Positions 12,470-25,195 of a DNA stretch of 64,000 nucleotides are shown piece after piece. Position 1 is the stretch's first letter. The number at the start of each line of letters is the position of its first letter. The stretch covers positions 47,306,001 to 47,370,000 of the forward strand of contig NW_025964383.1 in NCBI RefSeq assembly GCF_023055435.1. Direction: 5' to 3'. The DNA comes from Haliotis rufescens. Its lineage: Eukaryota. The notes under the pieces were generated by a model. It was not told the origin of the DNA. It saw only the letters and a list, made by a program, of their open reading frames with translations, and made no database searches. The position numbers and the translations under genes are program-made.

Positions 12470-13060
12470 TATACATACTATTGCCTGAACGCTTTGAAAA
12501 CTTCAATTGCAGTATGACCCTCTGATGGTATCATGTCTGTCATCCAAAGCCCATCAGCCTTAGAAGAAGCAAACTATCACTGTATCATCAGCATAGAGCA
12601 AAGCGAAATACTTCTCGTGGATACATGAGGTCATCGTTGAGTACAATCCCAGCACAGTTATTGAAAGTGAACTATTGCTCACGGTCATTTACATCGTGAG
12701 AATAGTAGGGGCGTATTACACCTTGAAATTGAATAAGTAACTGTGGTGGGACTGTACCCACCAATGACCACATGTATCTACGTGAAGTGGTAGGCTTTGC
12801 TCTTTGCTGATGAAACAGTGATATATTGCTTCTTCTAAGGATGATGGGCTTTGAATGAAAGACATGATACCATCAGAGGGTCATCAGACATGATTCAATA
12901 CTGTTGTACATAGATTGAATAATTCTGAAACATTTACCTGTAATTTCATATTTAATGAACTCATTCCATAAATCAGTTCTCCATACACTATCAAACACCT
13001 TTTCAAAGTCATGGCATTTTAATTTCCTATAGAAATTGCTTATAACGTGAGATGCTTGCG
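12470..13060 (-). mobile_element. LINE (CR1/L2-group-like) reverse transcriptase remnant with internal inverted duplication
   Basis: Minus-strand DFEKVFDSVWR..LW......ITGKCFRIIQSMY (about 13010-12900) and LLYADDTVI (about 12600-12575). Confidence 0.7.
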
Positions 13061-13156
13061 TTTAATTGATACAGTGTTGAGTGTTTTGTGAATGTGAATA
13101 TTTTTTTATTCTAAAGCTTGCTATTAAATTAGTACTTAGTACAAAATAAAATTGTA

Positions 13157-13450
13157 AATAATCCATCGTGTAGTACAGTCGCAGCCCATCACTCATGCAG
13201 TGTGTAATTAGTCAGACTTCAGTTAATAAGTATTGATTCGCCACATAAACATAAATGATGTGTTTGATATTCTTCAAGTTAATGGAACTAATAACCCAAA
13301 GTTGATTTGTCAATAATCCATCGGGTAGTGCAGTCGCAGCCCATCACTGCGATGATGTGCAATTAGTCAGACTTCAGTTAATAAGTATTGATTCGCCACA
13401 TAAATGATGTGTTCAATATTCTATGGCCAGGTAACTAATAATCCAAAGTA
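13157..13450. repeat. ~155-bp tandem duplication upstream of the lectin gene
   Basis: aataatccatcg.gtagt.cagtcgcagcccatcact...aattagtcagacttcagttaataagtattgattcgccacataaa at about 13157 and 13312. Confidence 0.9.
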
Positions 13451-13624
13451 AAATATAAGTAATGCATCGTTTCAATTCAAGTAGATTGATATTTGAGAAG
13501 AATATTTGTAAGGTAAGACAACTGAGACAATGGTCGTTGTCAAAGGATCCAATCGTCCTGCCCTGATGATTGTGATAATGATCCAAGTCGGGACATTCAG
13601 AACCCACCAGGAGACGAGTGAAGG

Positions 13625-16491
13625 ATGCTGCTGTCTGCTCGGGAGATGATATTCATCGTGTGTTGTATCTGGGTCCAAGGTATGTAGAATATTTGGTTCA
13701 TGATTCAGTTTGGGAGTGTTGACCATAACGTATACGTAATATATATATGTGTCGTACAATTAAACTGACTGTTGTACAAAATCTTACCCAAGCCAATTAC
13801 GACTCCCAGGAGGAAACGATTAAATATGTGTGCTTGTGAGTGAAGGAAAGGAAGGAAGAAATATGCCCAAGTGGATAACTTATAATATGCTTACAAACTA
13901 CACTGTCAGTTTGAGGACAACTTATTTTGAGATAACATGAACATACAAACAACTTCGTTACAAGTCAGTGTGTTCACCTCAAAAAGATTTGGTTGGTTGG
14001 TTTGTTGTTTTACGCCGCACTCAGCAATATTCCAGCTATATGACGGCGGTCTGTAAATAATCGAGTCTGGACCAGACAGTCCAGTGACTGATATCATGAG
14101 CATCGATCCACGCATTTTGGATCGATGACATGCTTCAACCAAGTCAGCGAGCCTGACCACCCGATCCCGTTAGTCGCCTCTTACGACAAGCTTTGTTGCC
14201 TTTTACGGCAAGAATGGGCTGCTGAAGATCTATTCTATCCCGGATCGTCACGGGTAACCTCAAAAAGATTTTTTTTAGTTCAAAATAGTCCTTGATGTCA
14301 GTAATTTCATTACGGCACCAGACTCATGGTCGTGAATAGTGGCGACTACCTACAACATTAAGTTGGCACGCTATGAAATATTGTCAAGAACAGTGTTAAA
14401 CCAAGCTGTCACACTCTCTGTTATCATCAGCGTTGTCATGTGTCCTTCATAGGGATATTCTCCAAAAGGACTCCTGTCCCATGCTCAAAATACTACTGAT
14501 TATCTCTGCTACCCCATACACGTCTAGTATTTTTATTTATGCACAGGCAAAGATGTATTTACAGAGAAACGTTTCAATGAGAGTTTACATGATAAGTCAG
14601 TGCAACATGAGGACGATTCACAATGGTCACACTGGACCTTACCTTCCTTTTGGACAGTGTTCCAATTGTGAAGTAAACATGTCCTTAATGAAATCAGATA
14701 TCACGTTCAGTCTGAATATCTCCGCATGAAAGGTGACTAAGCTAGATGTATTTTCATTGTATTGCAACTCCAGTGGAAATTCATAAAAAATAACAATTAT
14801 TCCTTCAGATCGGCTTCATGTCAAGGCAGATAATATCATGTTACAAAAACCAAGGCGCCTCAGTTCTACTTACAAATGGAAATCTGATGGCAAAGATTAT
14901 TATTACCACTCCTACTATGCCAATGATGGCAGCAAGATCAGATGGCCAGCCAGAAGTGGTTTTCAGGCAGGCCCCTACTGGCAGGGAGACTTGCAAGGGT
15001 TCTACACAGTACATAACATCACAGTCACCAGCGACGACCATACTACATTTGGTGAGCCGATATATGTATCAAAATTAATATAATACCAACCCCTATATGA
15101 AATGATCATGTCCAGTGTTAACAATCTTTCAAGAATCACATTTACTGGGGACATAATGTTTCAGAAAACTATTTATTTCTAAAATCCGAATAATGTACGC
15201 GGCAATTCCACATCAGGCGACCGATTTACGTTGCATGCGTTAAAAAAAACATCTGCTCAAAAGAGTCATTGCATATATTACTTATTATACATAGATAATT
15301 CCAGTATGTTTATGAACAGAAAATTTATCTTGTCTTGGGATTGAACAGCTTACAATGAGCATGTGAAGTGATAATGTATTTATTTGATCAACCAACTGTT
15401 GAGTTGTACGTAGTATATATCGTTTCAATTTCGCAGCTTCAGACATCAGAGATGCGTACATTGGTGTGTCGTCAGTTGACATCAAGTGCCCGGATGACGA
15501 CGTGACCTGGTGTGGTCAATGGCCGGCAGATACATTACCTCGAGAAACCTTGACCTTCAGCTGTTCCCACGTGCAGCCTGTGAGATTCGTGAGGGTCTGG
15601 AGAAACATCACAGGCTACCTGACTGTCCAGGAGGTCGAGGTTGAGGGCACTCCGAGAAGAACAAGGGGTAACTATTGGATCGTGTATCATGCTATACCTA
15701 GAGATTACATACATATACATAATATGTGTTTATGCCAGCTTGATTATACGTGCCTTACTCGACCACCAATCCTCCCAAACACCCTCCCATGATATATAAT
15801 CCATTATACACCCCGGGAAGGACAATGGGTAACTGTTAGATCTTGACTGATGTCATGGCTATAGATAACATCACGGCAGAAAGCCCAAGTGGTGCTGGAT
15901 TACATAAATAGCAATATTTGTCTGTGACTTTCAAGCACAATCATAACGTTCCGCACTGGACCACGTGCCTTCCCACCCTCCATCTCAGTATAAACACAAA
16001 TATATCATATACTATGAATATTCCTACTCATTCACTCGCTCACAAACTAACAGGCGCACTTCTACAGTTATTGCACACAACCTAGATGTGTATTTGTCTT
16101 CCGCTATATCTGAGGATCTGTCACAATAGCACTGCAGTGTGTTGTAAATGAATGCTCCTAACACATCTCAATGCTCCTATTCAACTCATTCAGTGAGCCA
16201 CTGCTTATAGATTTTGCAAAATTCTGTATTTTAGCCGCCAAGTACAACAAGAGTCTTAACAAGAAGCTGTACACACCGCTGACGTCAGTGTATGCCATAT
16301 CAGCCAGTGACTGTGGTATCAAGTGTTACAAGACCCAGCCTTGCCTCGGTTTCAGCTACAATCCATCTGCTGATCCATCCTGTCTCCTTGCGACATCAAC
16401 AAAATCGACAACAGCCACCGACTGGGTTACGTACTCCATCACTGACTGCTCCAACCACATCACTTGTGACCTGACTGATCAGTTCAAATAA
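13625..16491 (+). CDS. Secreted F-type lectin (fucolectin/F5-8C-fold)-like domain plus C-terminal PAN/apple domain protein, 4 exons, 261 aa
   Basis: Exons 13625-13679 (MLLSAREMIFIVCCIWVQ, signal-like), 14809-15051, 15437-15667 and 16235-16491. All introns are GT-AG and phase 1, and the frame is open throughout. ANDG, PYWQGDL, V.NITVT, WCGQW, FSC...VRFVRV and YLTVQEVEV resemble FTP/F5-8C motifs. The last exon SASDCGIKC.....CLGFSY......CLL is PAN/apple-like. AATAAA lies at about 16905. Confidence 0.8.
13991..14256 (-). mobile_element. Family B, full length, in lectin-gene intron 1
   Basis: TSD acctcaaaaagattt. Confidence 0.9.
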
Positions 16492-17844
16492 TTACCCTTC
16501 ATTACTCGATTTCTAGTTCTACTACCCGTGCCAGCTTTTGAAATACAATCAAACATGCTATTACCAGCAACCACCGCCGAACGACTCTTGTTCCGAAGCT
16601 GTGTAATCAAGGTTACAACATGCAAGGCCTTCGAAATCTTGTACAATGTTTTATGGTAGACATGCAGAGGACATTTAAGAATTAACTTTGTATAAATTCA
16701 TTCGATTATGAACCGTTATAGAGTGAGGGCCAAACTGTATGAACGACGGAGCCTGCTAGACACAAAGTGAAAATCAATTGTTATAATTCTTCAACACAAT
16801 TTCTTACCTCAAAGGATGTAGACCGAGATTTATACACTATTTTATTTAGTACGTGTGACTTCATGTTTACACTGACAGCCATACAACAATCGGCTGTATC
16901 GCCGAATAAATAAGTTCCTAAAAACGAGAGATGATATGAGCGTATGTATGCACAACTTGCCCTTCAGAAAAATCTTACGCAACACCTGTATTCAAATAAT
17001 ATACTCATAAGATGAGAAATGACTTAAGAACCACCCTAGTAAGTTACTCACAATGACAGCGTTAGTCATAATTCATTTACATCAAGTGCAAGACGTCAAA
17101 ATGGCCGACACGATAAACGTGACGGGAGATTTCCGAAGTTGTTGATGAACGTGGGGCAGTTACATGTTTTAGTCATCATTGATCAGTTGGCCGATTACTG
17201 AAAGGTGATTAAAGGTGTGTCAAAAAGGCACTCAAGGTTATTTCATAGATTGCTGTAGAATGTCACTGTCAGCCTAGACACGGATCAAGTCGATACTACA
17301 ATAGTTTTGATGTGCATTTCTTCGTTTTGTTCATTAGGATGGGTCATATCAAGGATATGCATGAACGATCGTAAAACTCTCTGACGTTACTCAGTGTTTA
17401 CTGAAACGTCACATTGTGTCGTTCATACACGTATGAACCTCAATTTTGCGGTCCTGTGACCCAACTCTCGTCCAGTGGAAATGCCGTTTATCGTGTTAAC
17501 TTCAAATTAAAAATATTTCCAAATTAAACGCATCAATTGATTCAATATGATTCAATTCCTTATTTTGACTTGAACCTTATGTCCCGTTCTTTTTCACGTG
17601 AAAATTGACTTGTCGTTGACTTGAATGTGCTTTTGGCAGAGATTTTGTTGCTTTTAATGTTATTGTAATGGAATGTTGATGTACCTTTGGCATTAATACA
17701 CAAAATAACATCCTTTAAAAAAATCCTGGCATTGACTTTTACTGATAAGTGAGGTGAAACGGAGCAAACCGTCACATTCAAAATTTGTGCGTGTCGTGTG
17801 CGTGCGTGCGTGCGTGCGCGCGTGTGTGTGTGTGTGTGTGTGTA

Positions 17845-19540
17845 CCCTTCACATGAGATCAACCTCGATGTCTCTTCACGTGTGACCAACCTCGATGTCT
17901 CTTCACGTGTGACCAACCTCGTTGAATCGTTACGTGAGATCAACCTCGATGTATCTTCACGTGTGATCAACATCGATGTATCTTCATGTGAGACCAACCT
18001 CGATGTATTTTCACGTGTGACCAAACTCGATGCATCTTCACGTGAGACCAACCTCGATGTATCTTCACGTGTGACCAACATCGATGTATCTTCACGTGTG
18101 ACCAACATCGATGTATCTTTGATGTATCTTCACGTGTGACTAACCTCGATGTATCTTCACGTGTGACCAACATCGATGTATCTTCGATGTATCTTCACGT
18201 GTGACCAACTTCGATGTATCTTCACGTGTGACCAACCTCGATGTATCTTCACGTGTGACCAACCTTGATATATCTTCACGTGTGACCAACCTTGATGTAT
18301 CTTCACGTTTGACCAACCTCGATGTATCTTCACGTGTGACCAACCTCGATGTATCTTCGATGTATCTTCACGTGTGACTAACCTCGATGTATCTTCACGT
18401 GTGACCAACATCGATGTATCTTCGATGTATCTTCACGTGTGACCAACCTCGATGTTTCTTCACGTGTGACCAACCTCGATGTATCTTCGATGTATCTTCA
18501 CGTGTGACCAACCTCGATGTATCTTCACGTGTGACCAACCTCGATGTATCTTCACGTGTGACCAACCTCGATGTATCTTCACGTGTGACCAACCTCGATG
18601 TCTCTTCACGTGTGACCAACCTCGTTGAATCGTTACCTGAGATCAACCTCGATGTATCTTCACGTGTGACCAACCTTGATATATCTTCACGTGTGACCAA
18701 CCTTGATGTATCTTCACGTGTGACCAACCTCGATGTATCTTCACGTCTGACCAACCTCGATGTATCTTCACGTGTGACCAACCTCGTTGAATCGTTACGT
18801 GAGATCAACCTCGATGTATCTTCACGTGTGACTAACCTCGATGTATCTTCACGTGTGACCAACCTCGATGTATCTTCACGTGTGACCAACCTCGATGTAT
18901 CTTCGATGTATCTTCACGTGAGACCAACCTCGATGTATCTTCACGTGTGACCAACCTCGATGTATCTTCACGTGTGACAAACCTCGATGTATCTTCACGT
19001 GTGACCAACCTCGATGTATCTTCGATGTATCTTCACCTGTGACCAACCTCGATGTATCTTCACGTGTGACCAACATCGATGTATCTTCACGTGTGACAAA
19101 CCTCGATGTATCTTCGATGTATCTTCACGTGTGACTAACCTCGATGTATCTTCACGTGTGACCAACATCGATGTATCTTCGATGTATCTTCACGTGTGAC
19201 CAACCTCGATGTATCTTCACGTGACCAACCTCGATGTATCTTCACGTGTGACCAACCTCGATGTATCTTCGATGTATCTTCACCTGTGACCAACCTCGAT
19301 GTATCTTCACGTGTGACCAACCTCGATGTATCTTCACGTGTGACCAACCTCGATGTATCGTTACGTGAGATAAACCTCATTGTATCTTCACGTGTGACCA
19401 ACCTCGTTGATTCGTTACCTGAGATCAACCTCGATGTATCTTCACGTGTGACCAACCTCGTTAAACGTTACATGAGATCAACCTCGATGTATCTTTACGT
19501 GTGACCAACCTCGTTGAATCGTTACATGAGATCAACCTAG
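17845..19540. repeat. 27-bp minisatellite, about 60 copies, with 11-bp sub-duplications
   Basis: Unit cacgtgtgaccaacctcgatgtatctt; preceded by a (GTGC)n(GT)n microsatellite at 17797-17843. Confidence 0.97.
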
Positions 19541-20632
19541 TAGATCACCTTCATTTTCCTTAATGATAGAAATATGTCAACGGCTTGAACCTGAACCAAC
19601 AAACTCCGCACAAAAGGTTGACGAATGTCGTTTTCTGCCACGGTGGCATGAAGGAGATTTATTTCTAACAAAATATTAATTTAATGAGCACCAATAGTTT
19701 ATCCGTTTATATATGGGGAAATAGGTGTTTTGTGATTTTTCATCCGTTTATTTTCAGGGAAATATGTATTTTATGAGGTGTATTTTATGCATTTCTATGC
19801 ATTGCAGGTACGTGTGATTTGGTAGATTTTCATTCGACGAAACAGATAGAATGATAATGACTCTTATCGTGACCAGGGTTGTGTTTGCCTCATAAAGATC
19901 CATCAATTTGGACAAGAAATATTTCAGTGGTTGATTTGCTCGAGACATAGGAATTGTAAGCTTGCCCTTGGACATGCATTTCATTACCCGAGTCGCCAGA
20001 TCGCGAGATGCAGGTACACAAGACAACGGAACACATGATGCAGTCGTTCCCACAGCAGAACGTTCTTGAATATCTTTTAAATAACATTGATCAAAATGTG
20101 GTTTTAACATATAAGGTGTTATGGTTCATTGAATTTTGAGATAAACCTTGTGTAGTTTGAAATTGAGATCGTCCTTCTGTCGTTTCACACTTCCTATTTT
20201 ATCCAATCTACAAATCTGGGGTATATTCCTCTGTGGGAACCAGGGATGGAGAAATAGTGACATAAAATACTGAATACATTTACTTCTCGGCAAACTTTAT
20301 TAAAGAACAGTAGTTTAGATATTTAGTAATTCTACTCCTGTATCAAATAACCCCCAGTAACAGTAATACAAATTCAAAATGGACGAACATTGACGTGGCT
20401 GGACCTACTAAAGTCAATGGCTGCAAAAGCAGTTTTTGACAGTCTTCGTGCTATTGTCAAATCACATGAAGCTAGACGACAACCCCGATCTATAAAGCTC
20501 TTCAACAGTAACTTGTGGACATCCTGGGAATGCGCCCGCTGGTAAAACGAAAATTGCAAATGGAATCTCCCTGAAGTGTGAAAAGGGCATTTTTTAAGCA
20601 TGTGCGTGCATGTGCATGATGTTACGGCATTG

Positions 20633-20896
20633 AGTGAGGGAGTGAGTGCGTTAGGCTTAACGCCGCTTTTAACAGTATTCCACTTATATCGAGGCGTGTC
20701 AGCTTAAAGTGGGAGGACAGTCCGAAGTGATGCAGGTCGTTTACCACTTCGGTGAAACCCACGAGCACAGGTTTGGTGCTGACAAACCTAGAAACATAAT
20801 CGGGGCGAACCGGGATTCGAACCCACAATCACCCAAGGGACGCAACTCTGCACAGCGAATCGCGGCGCCTTCGACCACTCGGCCACCCGTGCCTCC
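20633..20896 (-). mobile_element. SINE family A
   Basis: TSD tacggcattg; internal deletion in the head. Confidence 0.9.
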
Positions 20897-21018
20897 TACG
20901 GCATTGGACATCAGCAAGTAAAAAGCATGTGGCTGTTATGGCTCTGACACAGTGGTTTGTGGTTGATTTGCTTAATTTTGCGTATTCCATTCTCATTATA
21001 ATCAAATCTTAGTTCTTG

Positions 21019-21091
21019 CTTGTCCCCCGCCGTGATATTGCTGGAATTTTGCTAAAAGCAGCGTAAAAACCATACTCACTCACTCACTCAC
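21019..21091 (+). mobile_element. Family D 3' tail fragment
   Basis: tgtcccccgccgtgatattgctggaat..tgctaaaagc.gcgtaaaaaccatactcactcactc; flanked by gttcttgct on both sides. Confidence 0.8.
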
Positions 21092-23434
21092 TTGTTCTTG
21101 CTAATGCTAAACAAAGACCTGATGACATCCGATCAATCAGAGCATCGCCTATCAGAGCGGAAAAGTAACAGTTGTAATGTGCTTTCTGATCATGCAACCT
21201 TGAAGTGGTTAACTCAGGGCTATTCCGTACGATAGTTGCAGGCTATATATCACCATGTAAGTGATTATCAGAGTAAAGTTATGTAAGCTGGTTGATTTGA
21301 GTGGATAGGCGTGCATGCTTTGCTACACATGTACATGTAACTTTCATGCATTTGGGCAATCTTTATCTTAATTCTGAAGAAACGTTGACCAGGTTGGACT
21401 GTGAGTGATGTCCCTAGCTTTTGTGGCTTGAGAGTTATATTTTTATTGATTATATTGTTTGGGCGTATTATGTCATATTGAGTCATTTGTGAACATATAA
21501 AGTATGGCGTTTTATATTTTGAAGGTATGTAATTGTGTATATATTATGAATTTGTCAGTCTATTCGTCAGTAAGTAAGACATATGAACTTCGTTTCGGCG
21601 CCAATGTAGTACGTCCTGTCAAATGGTATGTAAACATCACTTTATAAGTGTACACTACGACATGTAGTTTCATGTTCCTATACATGTGATTCTGGGCTTG
21701 CAAAGTCTACCTGCAGTTAGTTTGGGTCAGTACAGTTGACAAGGTCTTTTTAGCAAAGTTTGACTCATTGGTATGTAATAATATCGTCATTGGAGTTGGT
21801 TGAAGCTAGATATTATACTCTCTGCATGTTGAAAAACTTTGTCTTTTTAATAAAATAACATCAGCTAACCGGATGTAAGTTACTCCATTGTGTATGTAAA
21901 GACATTCTAGTTTGGTACATATGGGTACTTGAATGGTATCAGACATCAGTAATGTTTCTTTGGTTGTGTCGTGTCAGAAAACCGGGACCGGCACGGGACT
22001 CCTAACAAGACGTGCGGACGTAGCTCGCTGCCAAGGCACGGGGGATGGTTACCTTTTGAGAGAGCCGGCAATGTGACAAAGTGTCATGTGAGACACGTGT
22101 CATATAGAGGTGAGCTGTTGTTCGAGGCACGTGAACATGTGTATACACGTGAACTGTACATGTGCTGAGGCTACATGCAGCTACAAGCGAACTTCAGTTC
22201 CGTATGTATATATTTGCATTGATATATTTGCATTGTGCTTGAATGCTGTCATATTATGTTTATTATGTATGCTTTTTATCAGATAATGTAACAGATTATC
22301 AATGGGGAAGAAGGAGTACGATAGTGGATGAGTGAGATGGTTGAGAATTATTGAAGCAGTATGAGCTAGTTGTGTGGACATCTTGTGATTCCCTTTCTCC
22401 CCAAAATAAAACACAAGTATTCTCCATGACCTTACAGAACTGGTGTCACTTTTGCAGTGTGAAAACATGGACAAGACAAATGCAACCGCAAAAACTGTAG
22501 GAACATTGACGGAAAAGGTAACCATACAGAGTTGGGGCAACCTTAACATTATATTCCCCGATGGCCTACAGTTCGGATTTCGGAAGAGAACTGGCGCTCC
22601 AGTTTGCAGCCGTTACCCTGCAAGAATGTATGGCGTATTTCAGACAATTACAACCTGTATTTTACCGTATTTGGGCGTTTGATAAGATTTGGCACATCGA
22701 CTGCTGAAACAGCTATTCACACTTAGAATAAAATATATTTATACAACAGCAATGTCTTACAGTACTTTTCAAGGTCATCAATCAGATCATTTTGAAATAC
22801 ATGGCTGTCGCACAATCTGACGATCCTGACGTCAGGTGGTGACCCTTGGTCTTCCACTACGTGGTCGGTCATATGTAGTGTTGGTGGTCTGATACCGTTA
22901 ATGGCGCCTGTATATGGTCCATACATGGTCTTGAAATGCATTGGCTACTTGCTGGGTGGTTTCTCCAGCTTGCAATCGTTCAAGGGCTTGGTGCCCTGTC
23001 AATCTTGGCATGTGGTAGCAATTCAATAACGAATGAATGTTATCAAATCTGGGTGGATTTTTATAGGGCAAAAAATGGGGGAACGCATGTGCATTTCAAT
23101 TTGAACTCACGTGCATCGTTCTACCATGGCCCTTGCCGTGATGGTTTGGGCGATCGGTTTTATTGGCATCTGCTTTTTGTTTTGATCATCTAATTTCATT
23201 TTTCCGGACAAGGGAATGTTAAATTTTAGAAACATTGACACAAATTACCCAGATATTTAAATGAAAACTTTTCATTCAATGTTACTTGGGGTGACGTTTC
23301 TGTTGCGGTTCAGTATATTTTTACCTATATTTCACTTATGATCGTAATTCTTTATGAACAGCCTTGTCCTGTGAACTACATCTCCTCAGAAACCACTGGA
23401 CCAATGAAGCTGAAAGTGTAAAGTTATACTCTTA

Positions 23435-23763
23435 GGTGAGGTGAGGTGAAATGGGGTTTAACGTCGCGTCCAAGATTATTGCACTTATATAGCGACATGC
23501 ATGCACGTGTATGTGTGTGTGTGGCTGCTTGTACTAGTCCGGACTGATGCCGATTTATAGTGCTAGCTCACTGAGATACCATTTCGCAGTTTAACATGAA
23601 TAACCCACTCAGACCCAGTATACTGACTCCGAGCCGACCAGTCCTTGTTTTAGCCCTTTAATGCCGAGCGCCAGACAGGTTAACAACCTGACCATCTTTT
23701 AACGTCTTTTGGTATGACGCGGCCGGGGATCGAACGCTGAACAACTAGACCACGGAGGCGGTC
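23435..23763 (-). mobile_element. SINE family C (tRNA-derived head, (CACCT)n tail)
   Basis: TSD agttatactctta at 23422-23434 and 23764-23776. Confidence 0.9.
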
Positions 23764-23786
23764 AGTTATACTCTTACATTCTCTAA

Positions 23787-24105
23787 TGTAGTCTAGTGGT
23801 AGAGTGTCCGCCAGGAGAACGGAAGATCCGGGGTTCGACCCCCGGCCGCGTCATACCAAAAAACTGGTACTTGTTGTTAGCATGTCTGGCGCTCGGCATT
23901 AAAGGTCTAAAACAAGGACTGGGCGTCTCGGAGAAAGTATACTGTGTCTGAGTGGGGTATTAAACTGCGGCATGGTATATCTTTGTGTGCTAGCACCATA
24001 AATCAGCATCAGTCCGGACTAGTACAAGCAGCAACACATACACACACACACACGCGTCCATGCATAATCGTGGACGCGACGTTAAACCCAAATTTACCTC
24101 ACCCC
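23787..24105 (+). mobile_element. SINE family C, head-to-head with the previous copy
   Basis: A box TAGTCTAGTGG, B box GGTTCGACCCC; TSD acattctctaa at 23776-23786 and 24106-24116. Confidence 0.9.
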
Positions 24106-24974
24106 ACATTCTCTAAAAATGCATTGAGTGAGCATCTTCCTCAATGACTGTGCCACCCTGAGGGGAGCTGTATTTCATCATTTGTGTTTCTCCTTGTGAT
24201 TACATCATATCTTGTGTGTCATTGGGATTTTTATCGGGTTATTTTTCAAACATTTGCATAAATAATATTCTCCCCAAGAGGTATATTGGACTTAAAGACG
24301 GAAATCTAACTGTTGTCCATTATGTTCATTCTTGCAGAGTTGGAATTTTTGTAGAAATTTAGTTATTTGTTTCATATTTGTAAATACATTTATTTTTTTG
24401 AATAATAAGTGAAAGGCAATGATGATACGTTTAAGTGGATGTCTTTGTTGGTGACATTTCAGATCCTGTAACCTCGTCCTTCTGTTTGCAGTCCATAGTA
24501 GTTAGTGATTGGCGTGCGTACCGTTTCTTGATACGCTTGAAAAATCAAAACATTTAAATATTTATTCTACAATTAGGAAACTTGGAAGAGCATGACACTG
24601 ATTTTCCTTTGTGTTGATATGAGGCTGTATTGATGACATCATTTATTCAGTTGCAAATGATAAACTGTTTGGCTCCTTGCAAAGTAGAATTAATGACGAA
24701 AGATCCACATGGTTCACATTGGGAAAGATGGGTCACTCTAATTTCGATCGGGGGCTATCTCCGTTGTTTTCTTGTTTGTGACAAATGGCCTCAGTCACCC
24801 TGAACGTTGTCGTTATTAATTGGCCATCTAATCCCAAAGGCAAACCGTATTCTTTATTAAATGGTTGAAGACATTATATAGTTTTCTTTCCATCTGTAAC
24901 TTGCAGAAAATTAAATTAAAAACGGTGCTTGCCAATGGAATAAATGGCTCGTAAATATTCATTTTCAACAAATG

Positions 24975-25195
24975 TGGGCCCACTTTATATTCATCACGGT
25001 GGTAGGACGCCTCTCGTTCATGTGACAGGTGCATTGACAGGTGTGCGTTACAGAGACTTGATCCTACAGCCTTACGTTCTTCCCCACGTCAACGTTCATG
25101 GCGGACAGTTCCAGCAGGACAACGCTCGACCGCATATTGCACGTGCTTGTCAGGACTTCTTACAGCACAACAACATCCAAACATTACCTTGGCCG
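24975..25195 (+). mobile_element. Tc1/mariner transposase fragment
   Basis: GRTPLVHVTGALTGVRYRDLILQPYVLP...FQQDNARPH.A......LPWP. Confidence 0.88.

Noticed and set aside
17560-19504. Repetitive ORFs LVTREDTSR / HRGWSHVKI
   Set aside because: The frame is repeatedly broken by 11-bp insertions; no start context or splice structure.
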